Below are positions 1 through 9,190 of a DNA stretch of 62,127 nt, in pieces (position 1 is the stretch's first letter; every line of letters starts with the position of its first letter). The stretch covers positions 1 to 62,127 of the forward strand of contig CAYTYD010000001.1 of NCBI GenBank assembly GCA_964441555.1, in the 5' to 3' direction. The DNA is from an uncultured Phycisphaeraceae bacterium. GTDB taxonomy: Bacteria; Planctomycetota; Phycisphaerae; Phycisphaerales; UBA1924. The notes beneath the pieces were generated by a model. It saw nothing but the letters and a program-made list of their open reading frames with translations. It was not told where the DNA came from and did not search any database. The translations under genes were made by a program, and so were the position numbers.

Positions 1-2
1 GG

Positions 3-1382
3 ATGGCCGTGGATCACTGCGCCTTCTCGGACACCAATCCCATCGGTCCGAATCACCGCAAGATCGTTGCGTACAACACCACCGTCAACTACGACCTGCA
101 CGGCACCCACGTCGCCGGAATCGTCGCCGGCGATCCAGGTGTCGAGTCTGCCGCTCGCGGCGTCGCCTACCAGGCCCGCCTGGCTTTCAACATCTGGCCC
201 GCCACCACACAGGCCTCTTTCCTCAGCCGCTTCTCCCTCCACGAATCGCAAGGCGCTCGCATCCACACCAATTCCTACGGCAACGATGCCACCACGGCTT
301 ACGACTACGCCTCCTGCGCCCTCGACACATTCCTCTGGGGCAGCGATTCCAACATGATCGTGTGGTCCACTTCCAATTCCACAACCCTGCGCAATCCCGA
401 AAATGCCAAGAACGTCCTCTCCACCGGCGCCACCGGCAACAACCCCGTGCAGGATTCGGTCTGCTCTGGCGGCACCGGCCCGACCTCCGACGGTCGCCGC
501 AAGCCCGACTTGATGGCCCCCGGCTGTGCGGTGTATTCCGCAGTCAATCCCAACGGCTGCCTCGTCGCCGCTCTCTCTGGAACCTCGATGGCCGCGCCCG
601 CCATGGCCGGCGTCGGCGCTCTGGTTCGCCAGTATTTCGCCAGCGGCTATTACCCCTCCGGCACTCAAAGTCCCGGTGATGGCTTTGATCCTTCCGGCCC
701 CCTGGTCAAGGCCATGCTCATCGCCGGTGGCGAAGACATGACCGGAGTTCCCGGCTACCCATCCGAACGCGAAGGATGGGGCCGCATCCGCGCTGAGGGC
801 TGCCTGGTCTTTGCCGGCGAACCTCAGTCATTGGTCGTCAAGGAAGTGCGCAACAACACTGCCGCTGCCCTCACCACTGGTAGCGAGCAGTCCATGGTCA
901 TCCGCGTCGTGGCAGACGATCAGCCCCTGCGCGTGGTGCTGTCGTTCTTCGACGCTCCTGCCACACTCCCCGCGACCTTTGCCCCGGTCAACGACATCGA
1001 TCTGATCCTGGTCTCACCCAGCGGCCAGCGCTACTTCGGCAACTTCTTCAGCAACGGCATCAGTGCGCCCGCCGGCACTCCCGATGGTCTGAATTCCACC
1101 GAGGTTGTCTACATGCCGCAGCCCGAACCCGGACTCTGGACCGTCACCATTCGCGGCTCTGCCGTGAACGAAGGACGCCAGGGCTTCGGCCTTGTCGCCG
1201 TCGGCCACGTCTCGCGCTGCAGCGCGGATGTGAACAACGATGGCGTTCTCGACTTCTTTGACTACCTCGACTTTGTCAGCGTCTTTGCTGGCATGGAGCC
1301 CAACGCCGACTTCAACCACGATGGCGAAGTCGACATCTTTGACTACCTCGACTTTGTCAATGCCTTTGCCATGGGGTGCTGA
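3..1382 (+). CDS. S8 (subtilisin-like) serine peptidase, 5' end cut by window edge, with C-terminal Cys-bounded dockerin-like module
   Basis: Subtilase motifs HGTHVAG (His), NSYG (oxyanion Asn) and GTSMAAP (Ser). The last 54 aa are a C-x52-C module: CSADVNNDGVLDFFDYLDFV...DFNHDGEVDIFDYLDFVNAFAMGC-stop. Confidence 0.9.
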   Translation: MAVDHCAFSDTNPIGPNHRKIVAYNTTVNYDLHGTHVAGIVAGDPGVESAARGVAYQARLAFNIWPATTQASFLSRFSLHESQGARIHTNSYGNDATTAYDYASCALDTFLWGSDSNMIVWSTSNSTTLRNPENAKNVLSTGATGNNPVQDSVCSGGTGPTSDGRRKPDLMAPGCAVYSAVNPNGCLVAALSGTSMAAPAMAGVGALVRQYFASGYYPSGTQSPGDGFDPSGPLVKAMLIAGGEDMTGVPGYPSEREGWGRIRAEGCLVFAGEPQSLVVKEVRNNTAAALTTGSEQSMVIRVVADDQPLRVVLSFFDAPATLPATFAPVNDIDLILVSPSGQRYFGNFFSNGISAPAGTPDGLNSTEVVYMPQPEPGLWTVTIRGSAVNEGRQGFGLVAVGHVSRCSADVNNDGVLDFFDYLDFVSVFAGMEPNADFNHDGEVDIFDYLDFVNAFAMGC

Positions 1383-1414
1383 TCCGGCATCTGGGATTTC
1401 TCGCGAACAACACA

Positions 1415-1460
1415 CAGGTCCTGTGCGACTCAACCGTCCCACAGGACCTGTTTTCTTTTC
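1415..1460 (+). terminator. Rho-independent terminator after the peptidase gene
   Basis: 11-bp perfect stem CAGGTCCTGTG / CACAGGACCTG (1415-1425 / 1440-1450), followed by TTTTCTTTTC. Confidence 0.55.
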
Positions 1461-1470
1461 TGCTGCATTC

Positions 1471-3183
1471 TCAGTGCAGCACGCGATACACCTCTGCTTC
1501 GTCTGTCAATCCCATCGCGATCTTTCTCGCCGCATCATCGTGCATCGGCTTGAATCCGTGCCGCAGCGCTGCCTCGCGCAGCGTCACGGCGTCCTTATTC
1601 TGATTGGTCAGATCACGCAACTCATCGTTCATCGCCATGATCTCATACACGGCCATGCGGCCGCGATACCCGGTGCCAAAGCACTGTTCGCAGCGCATCC
1701 CGTCGTGCGTGCCGCTGCCTGTGCATACCACGCACTTGCGCCGCACCAGCCGCTGCGCCAGCACCGCCATGAGTGATGACGTCACCAGGTACGGCTGCAA
1801 TCCGATATCAATCAGACGCGGAATCGCACTGGGCGCGTCGTTGGTGTGCAGCGTCGCCAGCACCAAGTGGCCCGTCAGCGACGCCTGAATCGCCAGTTGC
1901 GCCGTTTCCTGGTCGCGCACTTCGCCCACCAGGATCACATCCGGATCCTGACGCAGGAGCGCTCGCAACCCTGCGGCAAACGTCACACCACGCTTGGGGT
2001 TCACCTGCATCTGCGAGATGCCATCGAGGTGATATTCAACCGGATCCTCAATCGTCATCACGTTGCGGCTGCCGCGATCGATCCGTGCCAGCGCCGCATA
2101 CAACGTCGTCGTCTTGCCGCTACCTGTCGGTCCCGTCACCAGAATGATGCCGGTCGGGCGGTCGATCAGGTCCACCAGGTTGGCCTGCATCTCCTTGGTC
2201 ATGCCGATTTGATCCAGCGACAACTGAGTCGTCGCCTGATCGAGCAATCGCAGCACCAATCGCTCCCCATACACCGTGGGAATACAAGAAAATCGAATAT
2301 CGACCTTGCGGCTGCCGATGCGCACACTCGGATACCCGTCCTGCGGGCTGTGCCGATTGGCGATATCCAGCTCCGTCATCACCTTCATGCGGCTGGAAAT
2401 CGCCGGTGCCAGTGATGGGGGCGGGCTGAAGGCATCCACCAGCATTCCGTCCACGCGGAAACGGATGACCAGCTTGTTCTCCTGCGGGTGCACGTGAATG
2501 TCGCTCGCACGCCTTCTCAGCGCCTCAAACAGGATCATGTTCACCAGTCGGATCACCGGCGTCTGCCGCGCCAATTGCAACAGGTCCGTCGAGTTGCCAG
2601 CGCTTCCTGCCGCCGCCGCGATCGCGCGATCGTCCAGCGGCATCTCGTCGACGATCTCGGTCACCAGATCCTGACGCTGCTCATAGCCGCGATTGATCAG
2701 GTTGACCACCGCAGCGCGCGGGCTGAGCACAATCCGGATCGGTGCGTCGAGCAGATCCTCGAGCATCGCATACACGCCCGGCATCATCGGTTGGGCGCTC
2801 GCGATCGTCACCACGCCGTGTTCAGCGCTCACACCCGCCACCTGATGCTGGCGCGAGATATCCGGCGGCACGCTTTCAAAGTACCTCTGCGCCGAATCCT
2901 GCAAGCGCGGCTCAGCGGCATACTCCAACCCAGTGCGCTTGGCCAGCATCTCCAGCGCGTGATGTTCATCAATCGCCAGCATCGACAGCAACACATCCCA
3001 GGGCTCGATGTCGCTGCCTTCGGTGCCTGCAAAACGCGCCAGTTGCTCCGGGCGCAGCTTGATCGGGCTGAAAAGTTCCGCCACCCGGCCCCAATCCTGA
3101 TGACTGGGCTTGGATGGCACCAACGCGCTCGCGGCTTCCAGGGCCGGCGCCTTGCCATTGCCTGCTGTTCCGGTTCCGGCCAT
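1471..3183 (-). CDS. GspE/PilB-family type II secretion / type IV pilus assembly ATPase
   Basis: Walker A GPTGSGKTTT, the LRQDPDVILVGEVRD box, and a C-terminal CVVC...CEQC zinc motif. Its ATG shares one base with the TGA of the upstream secretin gene (TGATG). Confidence 0.9.
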   Translation of the reverse strand: MAGTGTAGNGKAPALEAASALVPSKPSHQDWGRVAELFSPIKLRPEQLARFAGTEGSDIEPWDVLLSMLAIDEHHALEMLAKRTGLEYAAEPRLQDSAQRYFESVPPDISRQHQVAGVSAEHGVVTIASAQPMMPGVYAMLEDLLDAPIRIVLSPRAAVVNLINRGYEQRQDLVTEIVDEMPLDDRAIAAAAGSAGNSTDLLQLARQTPVIRLVNMILFEALRRRASDIHVHPQENKLVIRFRVDGMLVDAFSPPPSLAPAISSRMKVMTELDIANRHSPQDGYPSVRIGSRKVDIRFSCIPTVYGERLVLRLLDQATTQLSLDQIGMTKEMQANLVDLIDRPTGIILVTGPTGSGKTTTLYAALARIDRGSRNVMTIEDPVEYHLDGISQMQVNPKRGVTFAAGLRALLRQDPDVILVGEVRDQETAQLAIQASLTGHLVLATLHTNDAPSAIPRLIDIGLQPYLVTSSLMAVLAQRLVRRKCVVCTGSGTHDGMRCEQCFGTGYRGRMAVYEIMAMNDELRDLTNQNKDAVTLREAALRHGFKPMHDDAARKIAMGLTDEAEVYRVLH

Positions 3184-5792
3184 CAGCGCGTCGCCCCTTC
3201 GCCGTTGTCGGATTTCTCCGGCTCATTGAGTGTGCTGGGACGATTCACGCTGTTGGGGTTGCTGTACTGGTTGTTGTGCATCTCGATGGTCGTGGGGACC
3301 AGATCGGGCAAGTGCTTGGAAATCGAGCTTTTGGCCTGTGGACCTTCGGTCATCAATTTCATATCCATGAAGTTGGGATCACGCATGATCCGGGGCGTCA
3401 TGAAGATGTACAGCGTGGTCTTGCGCTTGTTGTCTTTGGTGTCGCCGAAGAGGCGCCCGATGATCGGAATGTCGCCGATGCCGGGAATCCGGTCATAGTT
3501 CTTGGTGGTGCTGTCATACGTCAATCCACCCACCACGATGGTGAAATCGCTGGGCACCGTCACGGCATCGGCCTTGACGTTGTTGTTCTGGCTCGGCGGG
3601 GGCAGGCCCTGTGTCGCAGCGCCCGTGAAGCTCGAAAGCTCCGCCTCATACTTCAGCCGCAGGTAGCCACCCTCGGAAATCTGTGGCTTCACCTTCAGCT
3701 TGGTACCCGCTTCGCTGGTGCCACCCAGCGATGTCGTCGTGGTGCTGGTGCTCTGATTTGTCTGTGCGTAGGGCACCTTGTCCACCGAGTCGATCGACGC
3801 TTCCTCGTTGTCATCCACCAGAATCTGCGGGCTGCTGACGATCCGCGAATCCGTCTCTTTGGCCAGTGCCGTCATGATGATCGGCACCTGATCACTCTTG
3901 ATCAACGCCAGCGTTGCGCCACCCAGACCCGTCGCCACCGTTTTGGGCTGCGTGATCGACCCGTTGGTGCCAAAGGATGACAAGCCGAAATTCGTATTCA
4001 GCACGCCGCCCGTGCCACCGGAATTGATCAACTGCGTCTCAAACGCCAAGCGCAAATCGTCTGACCAGGTCACGGCCACGATCTTGGTTTCGATGTACAC
4101 CTGCGGACGACGCAGATCGAGTTTCTCCAGCAGCCGCTTGAAATCCGGCTGCTGCTTCATCGGCGCCTTGACCATGATCTGGTTGTTGGCCTTGTCTGCC
4201 ATCACAAAGACGTTGTTGCCATTCCCCAGCGCCAGTTCCGAGCTGCCTTCCATGCCGGGATTCACCATGATCACATTGGGCTGCGCATTCATGCCGCGAC
4301 CATTGCCGCCCGGCAAGAGCGATGAATCCTCGCGATTGGGCGCGCGATTCTGGATCAGACCCTGCACCAGGTCGGCCACCTTCTCAGCGTCCGCGTTCTT
4401 CAATTTGTAGTTGCGGATAACGATCGCTTCCTGCTCCAGATCCAGCTCGACGATCAATCGATCCAACTGCAGCTGCTGCTCGGTTGTGCCGTAGTACATG
4501 ATCGTGCCGCGACCTTCATCCACCACCATCACCGGGCCACCCACCGACGAGGTTGTGCCTCGCGAGCGGGCGTTTCCGCTTTGGTCGCCGTAGTTGTAGT
4601 TGTAGTTGTACTGGGGCTGATTGCTCGGTGCTTCGATCGTCAGCACTTCACCCAAGCCGCGCTTCTGGGCCAGATCGGCCACCTGCTTGGCCGCACTCCC
4701 CACGGTGTACTTCTTTGGCACCAGCTGGTTCAAGACATCAATCACTTCCAGCACCGACCGAACCTGGGTTGTCTCGGCCTCCACGCCTCGGAAGATCAGG
4801 GCATTTCCCTGCGGATCAATCGTCAGGCGATCGCCAATCGATTCCAGCCGATTGGTGGCCTGTTGCGGCTGAGGTTGCTGGGGCTGGCCATCGTTCTGAT
4901 TGCCGGCGCTTGCGCGTGGTTGTGCCGCCTGACCCAGCAGTTGCAGCACGCGCTCACGCGCCACTGGCGCGGCAACGTGCTTCAACTCCAAGCGGATGAA
5001 CTTGCTCTTTCCGTATTCCTCCAGCAGGCGGGTGATGAGATTCTCAAGTGCTGCCAGCTTCTTGGGCGTGTCGGTGGCCACCAGCACACCCATCTCATCA
5101 ATCGCGCTCAACTTGGTCTGAGTTCCCTGTCCACCTGCCTGTGCCGTCAACTGCTCTGCCAGCGCCTGCTTCACGCTTGAGGGCTTCAGGTTCGGCGTGG
5201 AAAACACCCGCGTCGTCGGCAGTTCGCCTGATAGGTTCACGCCCACTTCGTTCTGATTCACCACCGAATAGAACGTGCTGGTCGCATCGTGAATCAGGGT
5301 GAAGCCCTGCTGCTCCAAGAGTGAGGTGAGGAGCGGAATCAAGCGCGACTTGGGGACCGACACCGGCGCGTTGAAGACGATGGTTCCCGTCAGGTTGGCC
5401 TTGATGCTGATGTTGATGCCCATCGCCTTGGCGGCGTAATCCACCAGCGTCGAGAGCTCCACCGGCTCGGCAAAGGCCGAGAAGGTCACCATGTCTCCTT
5501 CGACGGGAATCTCCTGCGGGTTGTTGGCGCTTCCCGGCGCGGCGGCATTTGGCGCGCCGTTGGGTGCGCCATTGACCGGGTTTACTGCTCCCGGCTGACG
5601 ACCCACTGCGTTTGGATTCAAGGGCGTGCCCGTCGGGCCCACGGGCACCGGAGTTGGCACTCCCGCGGGCTGCGCCGTCACTGCTTGCTGCGCCACGCTC
5701 ATCATCGAGATCGACACGCACACGCCCGCCGCCATCATCATCGCCAATCGCTGCCGGCGGCACATCATCTCTGCACGTGTGAATTGCTGCAT
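3183..5792 (-). CDS. Secretin (GspD/PilQ family outer-membrane channel)
   Basis: C-terminal secretin signature DRIPGIGDIPIIGRLFGDTKDNKRKTTLYIFMTPRIM. Signal-like N-terminus MQQFTRAEMMCRRQRLAMMMAAGVCVSISMMSVAQQ. Start placed at ATG 5792, but the ORF is open to 5891. Low-complexity QPQQPQPQQ and NYNYNYGDQ inserts. Confidence 0.85.
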   Translation of the reverse strand: MQQFTRAEMMCRRQRLAMMMAAGVCVSISMMSVAQQAVTAQPAGVPTPVPVGPTGTPLNPNAVGRQPGAVNPVNGAPNGAPNAAAPGSANNPQEIPVEGDMVTFSAFAEPVELSTLVDYAAKAMGINISIKANLTGTIVFNAPVSVPKSRLIPLLTSLLEQQGFTLIHDATSTFYSVVNQNEVGVNLSGELPTTRVFSTPNLKPSSVKQALAEQLTAQAGGQGTQTKLSAIDEMGVLVATDTPKKLAALENLITRLLEEYGKSKFIRLELKHVAAPVARERVLQLLGQAAQPRASAGNQNDGQPQQPQPQQATNRLESIGDRLTIDPQGNALIFRGVEAETTQVRSVLEVIDVLNQLVPKKYTVGSAAKQVADLAQKRGLGEVLTIEAPSNQPQYNYNYNYGDQSGNARSRGTTSSVGGPVMVVDEGRGTIMYYGTTEQQLQLDRLIVELDLEQEAIVIRNYKLKNADAEKVADLVQGLIQNRAPNREDSSLLPGGNGRGMNAQPNVIMVNPGMEGSSELALGNGNNVFVMADKANNQIMVKAPMKQQPDFKRLLEKLDLRRPQVYIETKIVAVTWSDDLRLAFETQLINSGGTGGVLNTNFGLSSFGTNGSITQPKTVATGLGGATLALIKSDQVPIIMTALAKETDSRIVSSPQILVDDNEEASIDSVDKVPYAQTNQSTSTTTTSLGGTSEAGTKLKVKPQISEGGYLRLKYEAELSSFTGAATQGLPPPSQNNNVKADAVTVPSDFTIVVGGLTYDSTTKNYDRIPGIGDIPIIGRLFGDTKDNKRKTTLYIFMTPRIMRDPNFMDMKLMTEGPQAKSSISKHLPDLVPTTIEMHNNQYSNPNSVNRPSTLNEPEKSDNGEGATR

Positions 5793-5992
5793 ACGTCCCT
5801 TCCAGGGGTTGTTGACCACGCCGAAACATCTGACCTGCATCAGAAGCGTCGCGGCGAGTGCCCTTGCGGGCGGTCGAACGGGGAAGTCCATTCCCGTGCC
5901 GCAACTCTACCGTTCCGACACGCTCCCTGCCGGAGGGTTCCTCTCCCTTTCTGACTTTCGGCTTTGGACGTTTCACTTTCTATCCTCTCCCC

Positions 5993-6973
5993 ATGCGCGT
6001 CGTTTCGCTTGTTCCCAGCGCCACCGAGATCCTGGCCCTGCTGATGCAGGAGGCGGGCCCATCGTGCCCGGTGGAGCTGGTGGGGCGCTCGCACGAGTGC
6101 GACTTTCCCCCATCCCAGGCGCACGTCCCAATACTCACCGGGCAAGTCATCCAGCCCGGCACTCCATCCGAGATCGATGCCCAGGTGCGGGTCCAGCTGG
6201 AGACCGCATCCTCTCTATACACCTTGAACGCCGCGGCTCTGGCGGCTCTCCGCCCTGATCTGATCATCACCCAGGACCTCTGCTCGGTGTGCTCCATCGA
6301 CTTGAACGCCGTGCGATCCATCGCGGCGGGGCTGAAGCCGACGCCGGCGATCCTCTCTTTGAACCCCGACACCGTCGAGGCGATGCTCGATGACATCCAT
6401 CGCGTGGGGGTGGCGGTTGGATTGCAAACCGTTGCTACCACAGTGGTTGTGCGCCTGCGGGAGCGACTGCACACAGCCCAGGAGTACGTCAATCCTTTTG
6501 ATCCGCCGATTGCCGTGGCGTTTTTGGAGTGGACGGATCCGGTGTTTGTGGGTGGGCACTGGACCCCCCAACTGATTGAGCGAGCAGGGGGAAGCCACCC
6601 CTTGAATCCGACGCAGGCGGCGGATGAATCGGGGGCGGCGATGGGGCCGCAGATGGCGTACCGCAAGGCGGGGAAGAGCGTGAGGGTGCCGCGGGAAATT
6701 CTGGCGGCGACCAACCCGGATCGGATCGTGATCTGCCCGTGTGGAATGGACCTCTTGGCGACGCGGGAATGCCACGCGCAACTGATGCAACAGCAATGGT
6801 TTAGAGAGTTGCGGGCAGTGCGAAGTGGGGGGGTGGCGCTGGTGGATGGGAACCAATATTTCAATCGTCCCGGGCCGCGGCTGGTGGATGGGTTGGAGTG
6901 GCTGGTGGGGTGGCTGCAAGGGAGGCCGGAAGTGATACCGGAGGGGTTTGTTTGGGAATCGGTGGCGGGGTGA
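5993..6973 (+). CDS. BtuF/FhuD-like (cluster A) substrate-binding protein, cobalamin/iron-siderophore type, no obvious signal peptide
   Basis: N-terminus MRVVSLVPSATEILALL, LRPDLIITQDLCSVC, and the C-terminal YFNRPGPRLVDGLEWL pattern typical of BtuF-like proteins. ATG at 5993 is in frame with ORF 5858..6973. Confidence 0.7.
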   Translation: MRVVSLVPSATEILALLMQEAGPSCPVELVGRSHECDFPPSQAHVPILTGQVIQPGTPSEIDAQVRVQLETASSLYTLNAAALAALRPDLIITQDLCSVCSIDLNAVRSIAAGLKPTPAILSLNPDTVEAMLDDIHRVGVAVGLQTVATTVVVRLRERLHTAQEYVNPFDPPIAVAFLEWTDPVFVGGHWTPQLIERAGGSHPLNPTQAADESGAAMGPQMAYRKAGKSVRVPREILAATNPDRIVICPCGMDLLATRECHAQLMQQQWFRELRAVRSGGVALVDGNQYFNRPGPRLVDGLEWLVGWLQGRPEVIPEGFVWESVAG

Positions 6974-7002
6974 TGTTTGCGGTTTTCCTGCAACAGAAAG
7001 TC

Positions 7003-7031
7003 TTGACGCTGCGTATCATTTTTAGTATCCT
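7003..7031 (+). promoter_or_regulatory. Sigma-70-like promoter candidate at the head of a ~540-nt untranslated leader
   Basis: TTGACG (7003-7008), a 17-nt spacer, then TATCCT (7026-7031). No supportable ORF lies between here and 7570. Confidence 0.25.
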
Positions 7032-7569
7032 CTCTTTCGCTCCCTTCCATATGGGGGGTGGGAAGGGGGCAAACGTTTGCGGCAGGGTGGCAACACTTGG
7101 CCCGCGGACGTGGCAGGTGCGACTGAGCATTTGGCTTCATTCGACCTGAATCGTTCTGATAGGGTGATGTTGAATCACCCGGCTTATTCAAGCCCTTTGT
7201 CAGAGACGCCTGCCGACAATCCGGAATGAAGATCGCAGTGCTCGCCGGCCACCAGACAATCCGCCGGGCGGGCGCGAGAAGGTCTTCAGGGTGTTCGTCG
7301 GTCGGCAAAGCCGCCCTCGTCCAGCATTCGCGACGCGTCTCGGCGTTTCGGATGTCCTCACCCCAAGAAGTGTGATCAAGTTGGTCTGCCGCGAGGTTTG
7401 GCCAGTAAGAACGCACGAGGACGACTGGTGATTTCGCCCAATCGATTGTCAGGGTTTTCGAACGCGGCCCTTCTTTAGCGTTCGCACCGGACGGTGGATC
7501 CCCGGTTGTGTGGTTTCGCGGCGTTCGCCGCACATGCAACCCTCCCTCCAGCCGTCCTCCGGAGTTCAT

Positions 7570-8523
7570 ATGAAGAAGAATCTCAAGGCCTTCACGCTGA
7601 TCGAGCTGTTGGTGGTTATCGCCATCATCGCCCTCCTCATCGCCATTCTGCTCCCCGCCCTCGGTAAGGCCCGCGCAGCTGCTCGTCAGCTCAAGTGCTC
7701 CACCCAGGTTCGCGGCATCATGCAGGGCAACGTGATCTGGGCGCAGTCGAACGGCGACAAGTACCCCCTCCCCTCTGACCTCGACAAGAACAACAACACC
7801 GTCGCCACCACGACCCCCGTTGAGGCCAAGGACTGCAACAAGAACATCATGTCGATCCTGATCTACAACGGTTACATCCCCACGGAAATGGGTGTGACCC
7901 CCGCCGAGTCGAACGGCAACATCAAGGCCTACGAGGGTTACCAGTTCAACAGCCCCACGAGCGCTGCGGCCTCTGACAAGTCGCTGGCCCTGTGGGACCC
8001 CGCGTTCCGCGCCATGACCAGCGATGCTGGCCAGGGCGTGAGCACCACGATCACGGCTGGTGGCTCTTCGTACGCCATCAACATCCCCTTTGCTGGTCGC
8101 AAGGCCCGTTGGGGTAACACCTTCACCGCCACCGAAGTTGCCGTCGGCAACCGCGGTCCGGTGTACGAAGCCAACGGCAGCGGCTCGACGCTGACCTGGA
8201 AGCTCAAGGCCGATGCCACCGGCACCGGCTCGAACTCGCTGCTCATTCACGGCAGCCGCACCACCTGGGAAGGCAACCTCGGCTTCAACGACAACCACGT
8301 TGACTACGTGACCAAGCCCGATCCCGAGTCCGTCACCTTCACCTTCACCGGCCTGACTGCTGGCCAGCGCACCCAGCCCGACAACGTCTTTGTCAACGAA
8401 GACGACTCGACCCGCACGGTGTCGACCAACCTCAACATGACCAACGCCTTCATCAAGATGATCCCCTCGGGCGGCGTGACTGGCAGCAGCACCAACCTGA
8501 CCGTCCAGTTCTACCAGGACTAA
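7570..8523 (+). CDS. DUF1559-type protein with prepilin-type N-terminal cleavage/methylation domain (pseudopilin-like)
   Basis: [35 protein letters not shown] is a class III signal with FTLIELL. The C-terminal region [13 protein letters not shown] resembles the H-X9-DG motif. GGAG lies upstream of ATG 7570. Confidence 0.9.
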   Translation: MKKNLKAFTLIELLVVIAIIALLIAILLPALGKARAAARQLKCSTQVRGIMQGNVIWAQSNGDKYPLPSDLDKNNNTVATTTPVEAKDCNKNIMSILIYNGYIPTEMGVTPAESNGNIKAYEGYQFNSPTSAAASDKSLALWDPAFRAMTSDAGQGVSTTITAGGSSYAINIPFAGRKARWGNTFTATEVAVGNRGPVYEANGSGSTLTWKLKADATGTGSNSLLIHGSRTTWEGNLGFNDNHVDYVTKPDPESVTFTFTGLTAGQRTQPDNVFVNEDDSTRTVSTNLNMTNAFIKMIPSGGVTGSSTNLTVQFYQD

Positions 8524-8556
8524 TTCCTGAGTTGATTGGTTCATCGAGTTTTTTCC

Positions 8557-8591
8557 AACCCCCTGGCCTTTGGCTGGGGGGTTGTGTTTTT
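8557..8591 (+). terminator. Rho-independent terminator after the DUF1559 gene
   Basis: 12-bp stem AACCCCCTGGCC / GGCTGGGGGGTT (two G-U pairs), loop TTT, then GTGTTTTT. Confidence 0.55.
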
Positions 8592-8594
8592 GGG

Positions 8595-8782
8595 GAAGGC
8601 AGCAAGGCAAGGCACTAGGCATTAGGCATTAGGCATTAGGCATTAGGCACTTGGCACTAGGGGGAAGCGGAAGAGAAATGGCAAATGGCAAATGGTCAAT
8701 CAAGGCGCGAGGAAGAGAAGAGGGCGGTGCCGGGGCGAAGTGTGCGTCGACGCGTAACGGCAGAAATCGCGGTGTGTTGAAT
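8595..8782 (-). repeat. Mosaic spacer copy A (distal end of the small-ORF array)
   Basis: Seven phased heptads at 8611-8659: GGCACTA, GGCATTA x4, GGCACTT, GGCACTA. These are followed by GCAAATG GCAAATG GTCAATC (about 8680-8700) and GA-rich sequence. Confidence 0.8.
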
Positions 8783-9043
8783 TCAGTGTGTGGCACGGGG
8801 GCGGCGGCGGGGAGGTTGGAGGCGGTTGAGGAGGATGCGTTGGGTGGATTCGAGGGCGGTGAGGGCGCGGGTGCAGGATTGGGTGAGGGTGGCGAGGGTA
8901 TCGAAGCCGAGGCGTTCGGTGATGAGTTTGGTGTGGGCCTCGGCGAGTTGTTTGTCGCGCGCAAGTGCCGCGCGGCGTTCGAGAAGCCAGCAGCAGGCGA
9001 TGAGGCCGGCGGCGCCGAAATTGGTGAGGAGGGTGGGGTCCAT
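8783..9043 (-). CDS. Hypothetical small protein (86 aa) with N-terminal hydrophobic helix
   Basis: MDPTLLTNFGAAGLIACCWLLERR..., then a helical Q/L/T-rich segment. AAGGAA lies 7 nt upstream of ATG 9043. C-ending codon usage resembles neighbouring genes. Confidence 0.6.
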   Translation of the reverse strand: MDPTLLTNFGAAGLIACCWLLERRAALARDKQLAEAHTKLITERLGFDTLATLTQSCTRALTALESTQRILLNRLQPPRRRPRATH

Positions 9044-9190
9044 GAGTATTCCTTTCAACGCAGAGGCACTGAGACGCAGAGATAGATCGGAGGGGAGAAG
9101 GAGAGGAAAAGAGCAGGAGAGCAGGAGAGAAGGAGAGAAGAAAGGAAGAGGATTTGAAATCTCAAATTTCAGAATTGAAACCGAGAGGGA
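9044..9190 (-). repeat. Mosaic spacer copy B (short form)
   Basis: TTCAACGCAGAGGCACTGAGACGCAGAG (9054-9081), a GGAGA/GAAGA purine tract, and GATTTGAAATCTCAAATTTCAGAATTGAAA (9151-9180). Confidence 0.8.

Noticed and set aside
7203-7215. 13-nt identity GAGACGCCTGCCG shared with 27823-27835
   Set aside because: In about 124 kb of two-strand GC-rich sequence, roughly a hundred chance 13-mer repeats are expected. There is no extended similarity around either copy.
6974-7569. RNase P RNA, tmRNA, SRP RNA or a cobalamin riboswitch in the long non-coding gap
   Set aside because: TGAATCACCCGGCTTATTC resembles the RNase P 3' P4 strand, but the obligatory GGAAAGTCCGG partner is absent on either strand. 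There is no tRNA-like 3' end for tmRNA and no SRP helix-8 motif. The B12-box-like stretch lacks the GCCACTG/GGGAA core and has an extra base. It is kept only as a low-interest unclassified leader.
5980-8622. 880-aa minus-strand ORF, the longest in the track
   Set aside because: It lies antisense to two well-supported plus-strand genes (BtuF-like, DUF1559). Its translation is low-complexity G/R/A/P-rich with no motif. This is a typical high-GC shadow ORF.
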